A stretch of 64,000 bases of DNA from Selaginella moellendorffii (Eukaryota; Plantae; Lycopodiophyta): contig NW_003314334.1 of assembly GCF_000143415.4 (NCBI RefSeq), positions 741,891 through 805,890 of the forward strand, read 5' to 3'. How positions within the stretch are numbered: the first letter of the stretch is position 1; each line of letters opens with the position of its first letter. The position numbers were made by a program, and so were the translations under genes. Below the pieces are notes generated by a model that worked only from the letters and a program-made list of their open reading frames with translations, was not told where the DNA came from and searched no databases. Of the stretch, positions 1 to 11,339 are shown piece by piece.

Positions 1-278
1 AATTAGAGATCCAAACTTGGGTGTAGTGAACATTGTGGAGAAGGACATTGATGACTCATTCTGGGCTTTACGATGTGTTGGGAAAGATAAACGTGATACA
101 TGCATAGGATGGCTTAAAGCAAAACACAGACATTGTAAGAAGTCAATTCCAAAAAATACAATGGCACCAAGCATAACATGATATAGCATCTAAACATTTT
201 GGTTCTATATAAATGATATTCAGTCGTGCTCCACTACAATGGCCAGTTGCTAAAGGCACATTAATAACTTTGGCACAC

Positions 279-831
279 AGCTACACGTCCGCCCGGTCCC
301 TGGACGATCTAGACACCTGCAATGATCGTCAAGGACCTGGTGGAGCCAGTGTCGGACACCTTCATCAACCTCGTGAACATGGACTACGTCGAAAAGTAGT
401 GTGGCATCCGGATCAGGAAGGGGGGGAGCACGCAGGCCCAGCCGCTGGAGAGCTTCGCAGTGAAGATCTCCAACTTCGAGTCCAAGTTCTCCAGTGCAGT
501 CTCCGAAGGTGGAAGGGTGGCGGTGGCGGTGGCGGGCAGTATCAAGGACGTGCTTCCACACCTCTCGCAGGTCGGGGAGTTTAGCATGGAAGTGAGCCTG
601 GAGGCATCGGTCATCCTGTCCAAACAGGTGGATCAGCTGGGGATCATCGGGAAAGTTGGCGGGCTGCTGGGCGACGGGAACGTGAACGTGAGCTTCATGA
701 GCGTGGGGAGGACTTCGCCCAGGAAGCAGGCGGTGATGGCGATTGGCGTGGATGAGGAGCCGAGCAAGGAAGTGCTGCACAGGGTCAGGGCCATCCCGGC
801 GGTGGAGGAGTTCGTGTTTCTCAAGCTCTAG
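279..831 (+). pseudogene. PGDH: D-3-phosphoglycerate dehydrogenase C-terminal fragment (ASB + ACT domain), 5'-truncated and frameshifted
   Basis: Translates to SYTSARSLDDLDT / MIVKDLVEPVSDTFINLVN and ...QVDQLGIIGKVGGLLGDGNVNVSFMSVGRTSPRKQAVMAIGVDEEPSKEVL...EEFVFLKL*, the plant PGDH C-terminus. Frameshifts and a stop lie upstream of 460, and no N-terminal part is present. Confidence 0.9.
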
Positions 832-981
832 GAAGCTTTTTCTATCACAGGTTGATAGAAAATCTCTGGAAGATCATCGCTCAAGCGAAGTTCTATACAT
901 TGTCCAGCATTGACAAGGTTTGAAAGTAGTATTTGATCGTTCTTGTGTGAGTGAGAGCCGTGGTCAAACTTTAGGATCATT

Positions 982-1559
982 ATGGCGAACGAGGAGAAGG
1001 TGTGTGTCACCGGCGCTTCTGGCTTCCTGGCATCTTGGCTCGTGAAGCGGCTATTGGAGGAGGGATATCACGTCGTCGGGACTGTGCGCGATCCAGGTAC
1101 ATAGAAACGAGAAGAAACATAGTCTAATTCTCTTGTTTGTGGTACTAGACGATGCGAGCGAGACTTCCCACCTGTGGGAGCTTCCAGTAGAGGCTGGAGC
1201 TCAAGAAGGCCGACCTTGTCACGCAAGGGGCCTTTGACGATATTGTTCAAGGCTGCGATGGAGTATTCCATGTCGCGGCTGCCATGACTATCAGCTACAA
1301 GGAGGATCCACAGGTAACTTTGCTTGACTCCTTCGATTCGGTCTAACCTTGTATCACTTTTACTGGTTGTTTTTGCTTTCGGTTCTTCTTCCAGGCCGAG
1401 ATTGTTGATCCATGCTTGCTTGGAACTCTAAAGGTGCTCAATGCCTGCAAGAGATCCACGACAGTCAAGCGAGTGGTGTGCACGTCAGCCGTGGCTGCTG
1501 TTCGCGTGAGGAACGACTTCAAGCCCGATGACGTCTTGGATGAATCGGTGTGGAGCTCT
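982..1559 (+). pseudogene. TKPR1/DFR/CCR-like NAD(P)-dependent reductase, 5' half (exons 982-1096, 1149-1313, 1395-~1559)
   Basis: [38 protein letters not shown]; KKADLVTQGAFDDIVQGCDGVFHVA; DPCLLGTLKVLNACKRSTTVKRVVCTS...LDESVWS. GT-AG introns; frameshift in exon 2 near 1185. Confidence 0.88.
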
Positions 1560-2112
1560 TTTGTCGAGTCAAAGCTTAATACAATTTACAATTACAGCCA
1601 ATCCTCTAGCAAGAAGGACGTTGTGAACCGGCTTCGTGGCTTGCTGACGATTATGGATTTGGAGATCTAGGAAGACTCAGTTGCCATCCTCACTAGATTC
1701 TCTATTTTTCCAATATCGATTTCTTCGGTCTAACTTGCCCAAATCCCATGATCTCAGGAGACAAACCCCGGACCAAGAAAAATTAAACAATGGAGCGAAG
1801 TCAGCAAGACCAAGATCAAACAGAGGTAATGCAATTATGCAATTATGCAAAGACAAAGTTGATGCATCCAGCAAACTCAATCAAACGCATAAAGAAAGTA
1901 GACCAGACAATCGGGACGAATTTGGCATTGAAGACGTGCGAGTTCTGGTTTGAATGGGTGATTGAGGGTAAATTCCCCAGAATGTCTTGTAAATGCAGAG
2001 AAAGATATTCTACTCTTGCACTTCTATCTTCTTTGTTTTTTATTGGAAGCTTGACTGATTCAAGGTGCTCGTGTTATTTCCATAGCACTTTATTGGAAGT
2101 AAACTATCAAAC

Positions 2113-2523
2113 TCAAGTTAAGAGGCCTTTGCGTTCCAGGCTCTCAACGCAATCGTCGAACATTTGCTCCAGCGACTTGAATTGGATCCCAAGGTCGTCC
2201 TGAAGCTTTCTGGAGCTGAATCCCTTGAAATTTGCCGGCGACCGGACCTTAATCCTGAGGTGAGCTTGAGCAACGTCGTCGAGATGGACGTATCCAGCGT
2301 GATCTATCCACTGCTTGGCTCCTGCAATGAGTTTGGAATCTCAAAAACGTCCCGTTTTTTTTCTTCCGATATAGAAAGGCTTGCCTTGGAGCGCGGTGGC
2401 CCTGGACGAGAGAAGTTCTCCAGCGATTAAGCTGGGAGCGATTGTGATCACATCTATGCCACTTTCTTTCCCAAACTCGAGTGCTGCTTGCTCGGATAGA
2501 GTCTTTCCCAGACCATACCACAT
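2113..2523 (-). pseudogene. 3' half of the TKPR1/DFR-like reductase, on the opposite strand
   Basis: Minus strand gives WYGLGKTLSEQAALEFGKESGIDVITIAPSLIAG (YxxxK catalytic motif), GYVHLDDVAQAH and FSSRKLQDDLGIQFKSLEQMFDDCVESLERKGLLT*. Confidence 0.85.
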
Positions 2524-3282
2524 CTAAACTTCAAAAACTTTTTAAGAGTTGGTCCTTTGGAAATAAGACTGATTCTCATGGCAGCACAAGAAAATAAAGA
2601 ACCAAGATCGCGACCTAGCATGCGCGGATTCCTGATGACGATCGGCTATGATCCTGCGCAAATGGGCAAGAAAAGCCACATGATTGTTATCCGAACATGC
2701 AGTCTGATTATTCTTTTATCACCTATCAGTACTAGTTTATCCATTACCCGCTTCAGCCGCAGAGGAGAGTTGCTTCTCTTTCCATGATGATCCAGTAATG
2801 GCTCGTCAGTCTGAGGGATCATCTGTGGTAAGTGATCTAGTGGTACATTAGATTGTTGTTGTTTTTTTCTTTTTTTCTTTTTCTTCAGCTGGTCTAGCAT
2901 TGTGAATAGAGAGGCTGGCATTGTCAATATAGTGAGTTGAGATTTTTTGTACCATAACGGTTGCTTTTCTTATGTGAGGAGGATGTGCAGCAGGAGTGTT
3001 GGCTACACGCAAGGAAGAGTAGATAGCTTAGCTCATTTCTTTTTTGATCCAGGTAGCACGGCCCTTGTGCTGGCTAGCAAAATAGCAAGCACCATAGTCA
3101 TGATTGAAGCACTATAGGTCTGTCTCCACTGATTCTCCAGCTTTGCCAGCTTCAGCAGGAGAAAATGGAGGTGGAGCGCTAATTAAAAAATTAATTACAA
3201 AACCATATTAATAAAACAAACGCATAAAGCTTAAGCAACCCATATGAAAACACACCCAATTGGCAAGCTTAGGCTCAATGTT

Positions 3283-3728
3283 ACAATATATATGTATAAG
3301 GTGATTGGTGGATATCCTATGATTTCTTTATGCGAGCGAGGTTGCATATTTTGTGTAGACGATGCCACAATGGTAGAAGATCAACTTTGATCTAGTGTTT
3401 TTTGTTAAGTGTTACTAAATTAGACTTAACATTTGTATTTTACTGCACAAGCATAAAGAAGGAATAAGTGTCTATTTAACTCAACATACTTGGCTTAGTT
3501 TGTTAATTTTATGTTACTCTATTTTTCATTAGCTTAACAAAAATCCCCTCCACCTGCAAACCCATGATTTGGAAAAAGCCATCGTTTGCAGCCAAGAAAA
3601 CAAAGTGCTTTTATGAACCACCTCATTATAGATGATTTTCCTTCACAAGCATGTGCTGTTGTAAACAAAATGATAAACCATGAGTGATTTGAGATGTATA
3701 TGCTTGCTAATGAGTAATTTCTATACAA
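3283..3728. pseudogene. Scrambled relic of the OCT-like half-transporter family (3283-3502 +, 3553-3728 -)
   Basis: LASIYISNHSWFIILFTTAHACEGKSSIMRWFIKALCFLGCKRWLFPNHGFA on the minus strand. Its continuation (VIGGYPMISL) is on the plus strand; compare 48690-49015. Confidence 0.75.
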
Positions 3729-4099
3729 ATAATAAAGCAGTCTAAGCTATGAAAATTTGATATTATAGATTTGTAATTTATGCATAGATTTATATTTTTG
3801 AAACTTGATTATTTCTAGTGACAATTCCAGTTAATTGTAATTTTATAGATTAGTAATGTTTACATGTAGATAAGTGTACAGACAAGAGCTTCTAAAGTAA
3901 TTCTAATAGCAAGCATCTTGCTCCCAAGAAAAAAGTCTGATTTAGCTTATAAGCCCAGAAAAGGTTTTGCCCTGTTTGATTATATTAATTATTTATTGTT
4001 GCCCTTCAAACGTGTTTTGGAAAATAACAGTAAAATAGCGGAACTTATTAAGTTATTTGATTTGTGGAAGTGAGATTTTTGCGTTTGAACCGCAGTGGA

Positions 4100-5610
4100 T
4101 CATAAAGTTGGAGGTGGACATTCCGATCCGGCCGCTAACAGCTCTTGTTAGTCTAACCAGACGCGCTCTTACTGGCTTAACTAACCAGACGCTCAAAACC
4201 ATGAGATTTTTACTTGTATGTTTTTCTCGTTCTCTCTTCTTCCTGTGAGAATGCTGGTGAAATGCGTTCCGAGCCAAAGATTCCTAGCTTTCCTGAAGAG
4301 CCCAAGAGTCCCCATTTTCTGCTCCACGAATCAAAGAGGTGTGGTTTTGGTTTTTGGTGCTAAGTTCTCTCTTTTCACCCGTATCTGGTCTCTAGGAACC
4401 AGATACGCTGGAGAAGATTCATTTGAGTGCTTTGCTTCTGGTGTTACCCGGTTTACCAATTTTGTTTCTCAAGCTATACAACTCGACTTACGTTTTTCTT
4501 TGACAGGCTTCACGTCTCTGCCCAAGCCCTTGAGCGAGTTTAGCCGGGATCTTGCGGAGGCAGTCAGGTGAAACGATTTGTTGAGGACGACTGGAAGTTG
4601 AGCGGCTCTTTCTTTACGGAGACGAGGCAGCTGAGAAGCATCGAGTTGTAAAAGACAGGGCTCCGTCAGAAGGCGCAATTGCAAACTTCCGAGTCTTCAT
4701 CATGGGTGCTTCTTTGGCATTTGTATGGAAACGGTAGCATCGCTTCTTACGTTTCAACGGGACTGACTTTATTGCTTTTTGAAAGCGCAGTCCGGCTTTA
4801 CAAGAAACGATGAGACTGCTCAAACTTGTCTTCGTCTTGTCTCGAGAGTCTGGCGTCCAAGGAATTGGATTTAGAAAAGAAGGTAAAACTCTTGCATGGA
4901 GTATATCCGTGTCTACAAATGTTATCACTACAGGAAGGCGGGCCTATGCACTCAGAAGCTCGTTCGATAACACGGGCTATCAAAAACATATCGGAACTCA
5001 CTATGTTCGACATTTGGATTCTGATGCTCCAACTCCAGGTTGCATCCCGAAGATCAGGTACTACGCTCTTACGGGTCCTCTTCTTACGTGTATCGTATTT
5101 ATCGCAGAAACTGGAACATAATCTTTTAGAGATGTGCGGAATCTAGCTGGAAGAAACGCAAAGGCGCAGGACCTGTGTCCAACAGGGATTGCTCTTCGTT
5201 GCTCAGGTACATGAAACAAATGTTTCTAGACATCTTAAGCAAGCAGTGTTCTAAAACTTTCTTCGTTTTTCTTGTGATACTAGAGGAGAGAAGCCAACTT
5301 CAAAACAAGATAAAGCACTCGCGCTGCTCAAATCCAAGCTCCTGGTGATTCTCGAGCAAAAACCAGTTGCTTATTTTCTTGAATTAATGACACAGCTATC
5401 TTTCATTATCAGGCGTGGAGAGCTGGCTGCATGACTGCTCATTCAACGAGCGCGCTTTAGACGCTACAGAGCTTGATGGAGGAAGGAGGATATAGAAGTG
5501 GGCTTGCTTTTGTGCTTCCGAGGTATGGACTTGAACTTGTGTTTGTGTTTCCAAACAAGGTGTTCCAGAAAATAGGGTCAAGTGAAGGGGAGAGATACGA
5601 GAGTCCCGTT
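4100..5610 (+). pseudogene. NUP107: NUP107 nucleoporin N-terminal-half relic
   Basis: Spliced pieces SSWVLLWHLYG, NDETAQTCLRLV/CLESLASKELDLEKK, YVRHLDSDAPT, DVRNL..AGRNAKAQDLC, KWACFCASE|KIGSSEGERYES match plant NUP107 motifs in the expected order. Stops and frameshifts are present. Confidence 0.85.
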
Positions 5611-5666
5611 AAGGTACTTTGTGATAAACTTTTGACTAGCTCGTGATTTCTTTTTCTACAAAACAG

Positions 5667-5998
5667 ATACCTTGCATGATTGTATCCAAGAAAGGGGATG
5701 CCCGAGAAAAGCTGCTAGAGACTGTCAACGAGTTCCCTCCAACAATGTTAATACTGGGAAGCCGAGGCCTCGGAATGGTGAAAAGGATCGCCAAAAAGCT
5801 CTAGTTTCCATTCCTTGTAGTTAGGAAATCCATAGCTAGAGATGTTTTCTTGGAAATTTTTTGTATGGATAATGATAGGATGGGCTCTTTGTTTTCAATC
5901 AAACCGTGGATTTAGACAGGACGTTCCTGGGAAGCGTGAGTGGCTATGCTGCACAGCACGCTGAATGCCCTGTGCTTATTGTCAAGCTTCCACCCGTA
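5667..5998 (+). pseudogene. Universal stress protein (USP) C-terminal exons
   Basis: IPCMIVSKKGDAREKLLETVNEFPPTMLILGSRGLGMVKR and TFLGSVSGYAAQHAECPVLIVK (GSRG...LGSVS motif). Confidence 0.88.
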
Positions 5999-6254
5999 AG
6001 ATTTTATGTGTTTCAAATGCCTTTTTTCTCTTTTTCTTTTGAGGGACCTATAAGCGGTGCGTTCTTCAGTCGGCACTTTCTTAAGTTTACCCTCAGAAAG
6101 AAAATCGATTCGCTTGTTCAGGACCAAAATTCTCAACAAACTATTGTTTGAAAAAAGCTCTAGAAACTGTTCAAGTGTCGCTTTGAGGATCCGAAAACAC
6201 AGAATTGGTGCTAATCGTTGGCACAAGTTTAGGCTTATTCCTTCTTTTCCTTAA

Positions 6255-6306
6255 GTTGTAGTATAGTGTGACGCGGACAACTGGGGTTCGATCCCCTGCA
6301 ACTGCG
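6255..6306 (+). tRNA. tRNA-Asp-derived pseudogene with internal deletion
   Basis: GTTGTAGTATAGTG..ACGCGG....GGGTTCGATCCCCTGCAACTGCG resembles the 5' end and T-arm/acceptor of plant tRNA-Asp(GUC). The D-loop 3' half and the 5' side of the anticodon arm are missing. Confidence 0.7.
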
Positions 6307-6419
6307 CTTGTCAGGAAAGTGTGAATTAAAGAAGACGATCGGGAACATTGTAGCTCAAAGTGCTTAATTCGTTCAATTGCTCATTGGATTGCAATATATC
6401 TTTTGTTCATTAACACCAC

Positions 6420-6795
6420 AACAGCAATATAGTCCACAACGCAGACCATCCTATTTCCCTAGACGTCTACACAAGGTATGCAACCTGGCTCGCATAAAGA
6501 AACTATAGGATGTCCACCAATCACTTCACATATATTGTTGTGATCATCCCCTGGGCGCCTGCAAACCTATGATTTGGAAAAGAAAACAAGGTGCTTCTAT
6601 GAACTACCTCATTATGGCTGATCTTCCTTCACAAGAATGTGCTGTTGCAGACAAAATGATAAACCATATTTGAGACATATATGCTTGCTAATGTACTCCA
6701 ATAAAAATACTAACCAGCATACAATGTAAGAGAGTAATAATAACTCTAATAATAATTGGAAAAACACATTAGCATAATGAAACAGTCTAAGTTGA
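6420..6795 (-). pseudogene. Degenerate exon-2 relic of the OCT-like half-transporter
   Basis: Nucleotide similarity to 7045-7560 (ctggttagtatttttattggag..., gcacattcttgtg..., tttccaaatcat), with deletions. Confidence 0.75.
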
Positions 6796-6814
6796 TATTC
6801 CAACTCTAAACCCT

Positions 6815-6817
<3 letters not shown>

Positions 6818-6886
<69 letters not shown>
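6818..6886. repeat. (CT)n microsatellite; shorter (GA)n tracts at 30945-30973 and 45796-45828 downstream of paralogous genes
   Basis: Directly visible dinucleotide run. Confidence 0.97.
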
Positions 6887-6891
<5 letters not shown>

Positions 6892-7044
6892 TATGACTGG
6901 CAAAGTCGTAATGTCACCGCAGAAGTCTATGCTGCTATATATTAAAAAATCCACACTCTCTGAATACTCGCATTATCTGTGGTGGCACATGAATTCTAGT
7001 TTCAACCAGCCCAAAGTTCTCTTGATCACTTTAATATTACAAAC

Positions 7045-7901
7045 TTAATTGGAAACATTTGCTACTCTCCCACTGTTTCTTTTGTTCATCAGAACTCGTC
7101 CTAACATTTCCCCCACTAACACCACAACAACAATAGAGTCCATGACACACACCATCCTATTTCCCCACCTCCAGTCTGGATATAAATGTTTACACACAAA
7201 AGTGATAGGTATGCAACTTGGCACACAAAGAGAACCTATAGGATATGTACCAATTACTTCACATATAACATTGTCATCTTCCCTCAGACAGTCGGCAAAT
7301 CCATGATTTGGAAAAAGCCATCTTTTCCAACTAATAAAACAGGGTGTTTCCATGAACCATCTCATTACAGCTGATGTTCCTGCACAAGAATGTGCTATTG
7401 CAGACAAAACTTGCCAAATAATAAACCAGGAGCGATTAGAGACATATGTGCTGGCTAATGCACTAGCTGCTCCAATAAAAATACTAACCAGCATAGAGCA
7501 CCTGTAGTGGAAGAGAGTAACGATTCCAATAATAACTGTAAAATCAGTTTAGCAATAGCATTTTATACAACTGTTCTAATATTACCTCCAATAATATAGC
7601 CTACTGATAGAAATATATATACATGACGAGTGAAGCAAACAAGTTGCCAATATCTTATGGCAGAGTATTTTGGCCCAATTTTTGCATAGGCCACGTAATA
7701 TGATGTAAAACCCCAATGGTAGCTAGGGCTTAGTGCATTGCAGTCTCTTTGACAATAAAGAACACCATTTGGGCAATTCCACTTTGGAGGATAAAATGTG
7801 ATATAGATGGTGAAAACATAAAAACTAATTGCCCAAGTCATAATAATTGAAACAGGTAAGAAGAACCACCACAATGGAACACTCGTACTAGTAATCTCCA
7901 T
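7045..7901 (-). CDS. OCT/SLC22-like half-MFS membrane protein, 268 aa (exons 7901-7586, 7535-7045)
   Basis: Open spliced frame across a 50-nt GT-AG intron. TM1-PPKWNC...C..C...W-SAIRYWQLVC-TM2 loop pattern of plant OCTs, about 6 TM segments, stop after TM6. Confidence 0.72.
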
Positions 7902-7959
7902 ACCCAACCTATCAAGCCCTAATATGTAATCCTATAAATAACAAGAAAAGGATGTGGAT

Positions 7960-8730
7960 GATGAGGCTGAGAGCTATTCGCTTTGATCATGGATTCACCT
8001 CGAGTTTATTGTGTTCCATCAGGCACTTGTCAGTACGAGGTCAATGGTGTTGGAATCAATGTGAGCGAGCCAGGTACTGCTTTGTACTTCCTCAAAGAGT
8101 AAAGGCATAAACGTTTTGGCTTCTTTCTGCAGTCACACATACAACACGGATTTTCCGAAGCGGTTGGTCTCCAAGATGTGATGATACTTGAAAGAGAACT
8201 TTGCTTTCCTGTACGTAGAGATTGTGGAGGCTTTGTTAGAGGTGGTGAGCCATCTTTGCAGGTCACTGGTTGACACTACCAGGAAATGCTAGAGGATGGA
8301 TGCATCCTCCAGTCACCATTTGATGGATGTTAGTGCAGGTAAAAGAATTATTGCTAGAAACTCTTATAACTTTCTTGTGTCTTTGTTGATAATTCAGACA
8401 CTGGACATCTGCATTTGCTGGATACGATTGCTTTGAGAATTACTTGCGAGTGGAGACATGTTAGTTGTTCTCTTATTCTTGTTTGTCTTGCTAGCTCTCA
8501 GCTCAGACTTGCCTAAGAGCATTGGCATACATGGAGCTCAAGCATTTCGTCCTACAGTCTTGGCATCAAAGGCTCGTCCATGGGGCTTGTCAAGTCTTTG
8601 ATGTTTTTCTGCGCGGTTGGACACCTAATAGTGCAGAAAGCTTCATTGTACTTCGGAATTGCTCGCAGCCGTGGCATTGAAGACACCTCGTCTAGCCAGC
8701 TTTCAATCACTTGCATAGACAAAAAAACTA
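7960..8730 (+). pseudogene. Unidentified multi-exon gene relic, convergent with the 481-aa membrane gene family
   Basis: Homologous segments with conserved GT-AG boundaries at 37289-38015 (+), 32500-33200 (-) and 44215-44725 (-). No intact frame; family not recognised. Confidence 0.45.
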
Positions 8731-8780
8731 GAGTGCATTTAGCAAGAAAAAAACATACAAGAAGAGCTGCTTTCTATCTT

Positions 8781-10225
8781 CTATTTCTTGCGAAAGAAGG
8801 CAACGAAGAAAGCTACATTTGCAAACCCAGTTGTAACGGCTCCCGTGAGATGGGCGTAGTCCGTCTCCCAATGGGAGAAAATTCCCCACAGCAAAGCTGA
8901 CACAAGAGAAAACAGTGAGAACCCGAAGTACAGAAATGACCGTGGGAAACCAAGCCGAAGAACTCCACGCAGGCCAAGAGGAAAGGCTGATGCTACGACG
9001 TAGATTCCCGCTGTGACCCAGATGCGTGGCGGCTGGTGCTGAAACGCGAGCGAAAACCCAGGAGACGCAAGACTGAGCACCATCGAAGAACACAGTATCG
9101 CGACTCCTCGTCCCCGTCCAGCAGGCAGCTTGGCAATCACCGTAAGCAGCCCAAACACACAGAAGAAACCTGAGAATGCAGCGACGAAGGCCGACATGAT
9201 AGCCAAGTGGTGGTAGTCTATGCGATCCCTGTTCCACTTCTCCACCATAGCAACCGCGTTGAGGGTGGAAAGTGCCAGGAGAGCCAAGAGAGGGGACAAC
9301 GACCTCAGCATATCGTCACCTGAAGATCCTCGAGCTTGAGCATCACCTGCCTGGGCATTGCCGCCAGTAGCAGCAAGTAGCACAGCACCAGCTCCCGCAA
9401 GTGGCACAGCAGCAGCCACACCAGGGTCTCCCTCATGAGCCATCACACCAGCATCTCCCTCAGCAGGTGTGTCTCCCATGGACACGCTATCTCCTCCCTG
9501 AGCCGTCTCAACAATCTTGTCTCCCGTGGCACATCTCCCTCCGTCACAATGATCCCCGTGAAATCTTCACCTGGATGGACATCTCCTTCACCCTCGCACT
9601 CGTCCTGTGCACCAGTGTCTCGCTCACCTGCAGCAGCGTTTCCCTCAGTTGGACCAGCAGCAGCGTCTTGCTCCGGCATATCCACAACGATGTTGGTAGC
9701 GTCTCCCTCCGGCATGGCAGCGGCGGCTCCCTCCAGCACATTTGCAACACCAGCGTCTTCCTCCGGCATGCCACCGGCGTCTCCCTCCAGCACATTTGCA
9801 ACGCCAGCGTCTCCCACATCCACAAAGATCCTAGTCGCCTCTTGGCCACCAATTTGAGCCGCGCCATCGCCCAGAACACCACCGCGCGCTGGATCCACGC
9901 CCAGAACACCACCGCGCGCTGGATCCACTCCATGGCAAAACGCTGCTAGCGCTATCGAAGCCACTAGAGAAGACAGCATTGACAAAAATCCTAGCCAGAA
10001 GATTCGTGATTTGGTGATCTCCTCGGCAGGAATCGCGTCTGTAGGAACCTTGTGTGCCTGATGCTGGAACGGATCCAAGAATGCTGGCACTGGCGGTGTG
10101 GGGAAGTATATCTTGCTCCAGAGGATCCAGACCACGAGCCCAAATGCAATCACGCCCACAGCTCCAAGCCGACCGCGTCTTGCTCCCCGCAGCTCCAGAC
10201 CGCGTCTTGCTCCTCGCAGCTCCAT
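8781..10225 (-). pseudogene. Frameshifted copy of the 481-aa orphan membrane protein
   Basis: Near-identical to 38077-39522 but lacks one G at ~9528 (cccgtggcac vs cccgtgggcac), which splits it into 260-aa and 234-aa ORFs. Confidence 0.8.
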
Positions 10226-10329
10226 TAGGTCTTGGAGAATGGCACAAGATCTTCGCGTTTAAGAACACACACCCTCATATGTCCTAGAACCGACCAAGAT
10301 CTCAAAAAAGAATAAGAGCGTCCTTCTTT

Positions 10330-11235
10330 GATATCTTGGAGTGGCTTCGTAGAAAAGAATGTAGCTTTTTGCTCAGGCTTTCACAAATCCAGTGGCTTTC
10401 TCCGGCCTCCAGCCTCCATTCTGTGCACATCTATGAAGCTTGTGGAAAATGTGACAATACCTCTAGTTGCGCTGAAACAGTCCCTGCGAGCTCCCGACTG
10501 AACAGATTGTCACGAATCTGTACAAGGAATTGTCATGACACGCCTACCTGAATGATCGCAATCGCACCAGAAGTTCTGGAACGCAGCAAGCTCTCTTCTA
10601 TTGCAGGAAATGATCTAAGAAGAAGAACAAGATGCAAGAACAGTGCTGGGATTAAATAAGCACAAACTTTGAGGCAGCAGACTGACCAGATCTCGAGAAC
10701 CTTAAAAGAAAGCCTGATAGTCCTCAGGCAGAAGTACAGTTTCGTAAGTCTACTACTTCTTTAAGCTCTGAAAGATGTCCAGAAAGTAGTGACGTTAGTG
10801 ACCAAGAACGACAAGGAAATCAACAGCAGTATTTCATTATCAACGATATACCTGTGTTTGTCAAGAGAGCACGCAACTGTATCCGAATCTGGTAGACCTG
10901 CTCGAGAAGTAAAGTCCATTTAGTGCACAGAATGTCCTGTCTGTAAGTTCCACTCTCTCTGTATCTTCAGCTTTCAATTAACGGATGTTTTGAGTTCACG
11001 AGACTTCTCAAAGAAACTAGAAAAGCATCACATTACCAAATAGCCGTAACGGACGTAGCATGGCATTCCTGAGGAAAACCATCTCACTGAGGTTAGATTG
11101 ATTTAGACAAACAAAGATACTATGTACCTGTCGTTCTGCCGTGCTCCATCATATGCACGTAAAGATCCGCACCAGCTAGATTAGAGGCATAAGGACGAGG
11201 AGCTCCATGAGTATTTCCGCGGTACTTTCCTGCAG
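10330..11235 (-). pseudogene. NUP107: Second, diverged partial NUP107 C-terminal relic in tandem
   Basis: LMPLI/YASNLAGADLYVHMME repeats the exon at 12420-12520 (HKEELVG..YVDMMELR). 10500-10600 resembles 11360-11540. Confidence 0.65.
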
Positions 11236-11339
11236 GAATGTGGAAAAAGCGCATTCAGCCTCATTAGCGCCTGGACCAAACTATGTAGATCATGAAACAA
11301 CACTTACACCAAATTGCTTCCCAAACCTGAAATACATCC

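Noticed and set aside
2557-3200. Short ORFs
   Set aside because: No recognisable motif and no paralog in the window.
9401-10287. Overlapping plus-strand and alternate-frame ORFs
   Set aside because: Shadow frames of the GC-rich repetitive membrane-protein gene.
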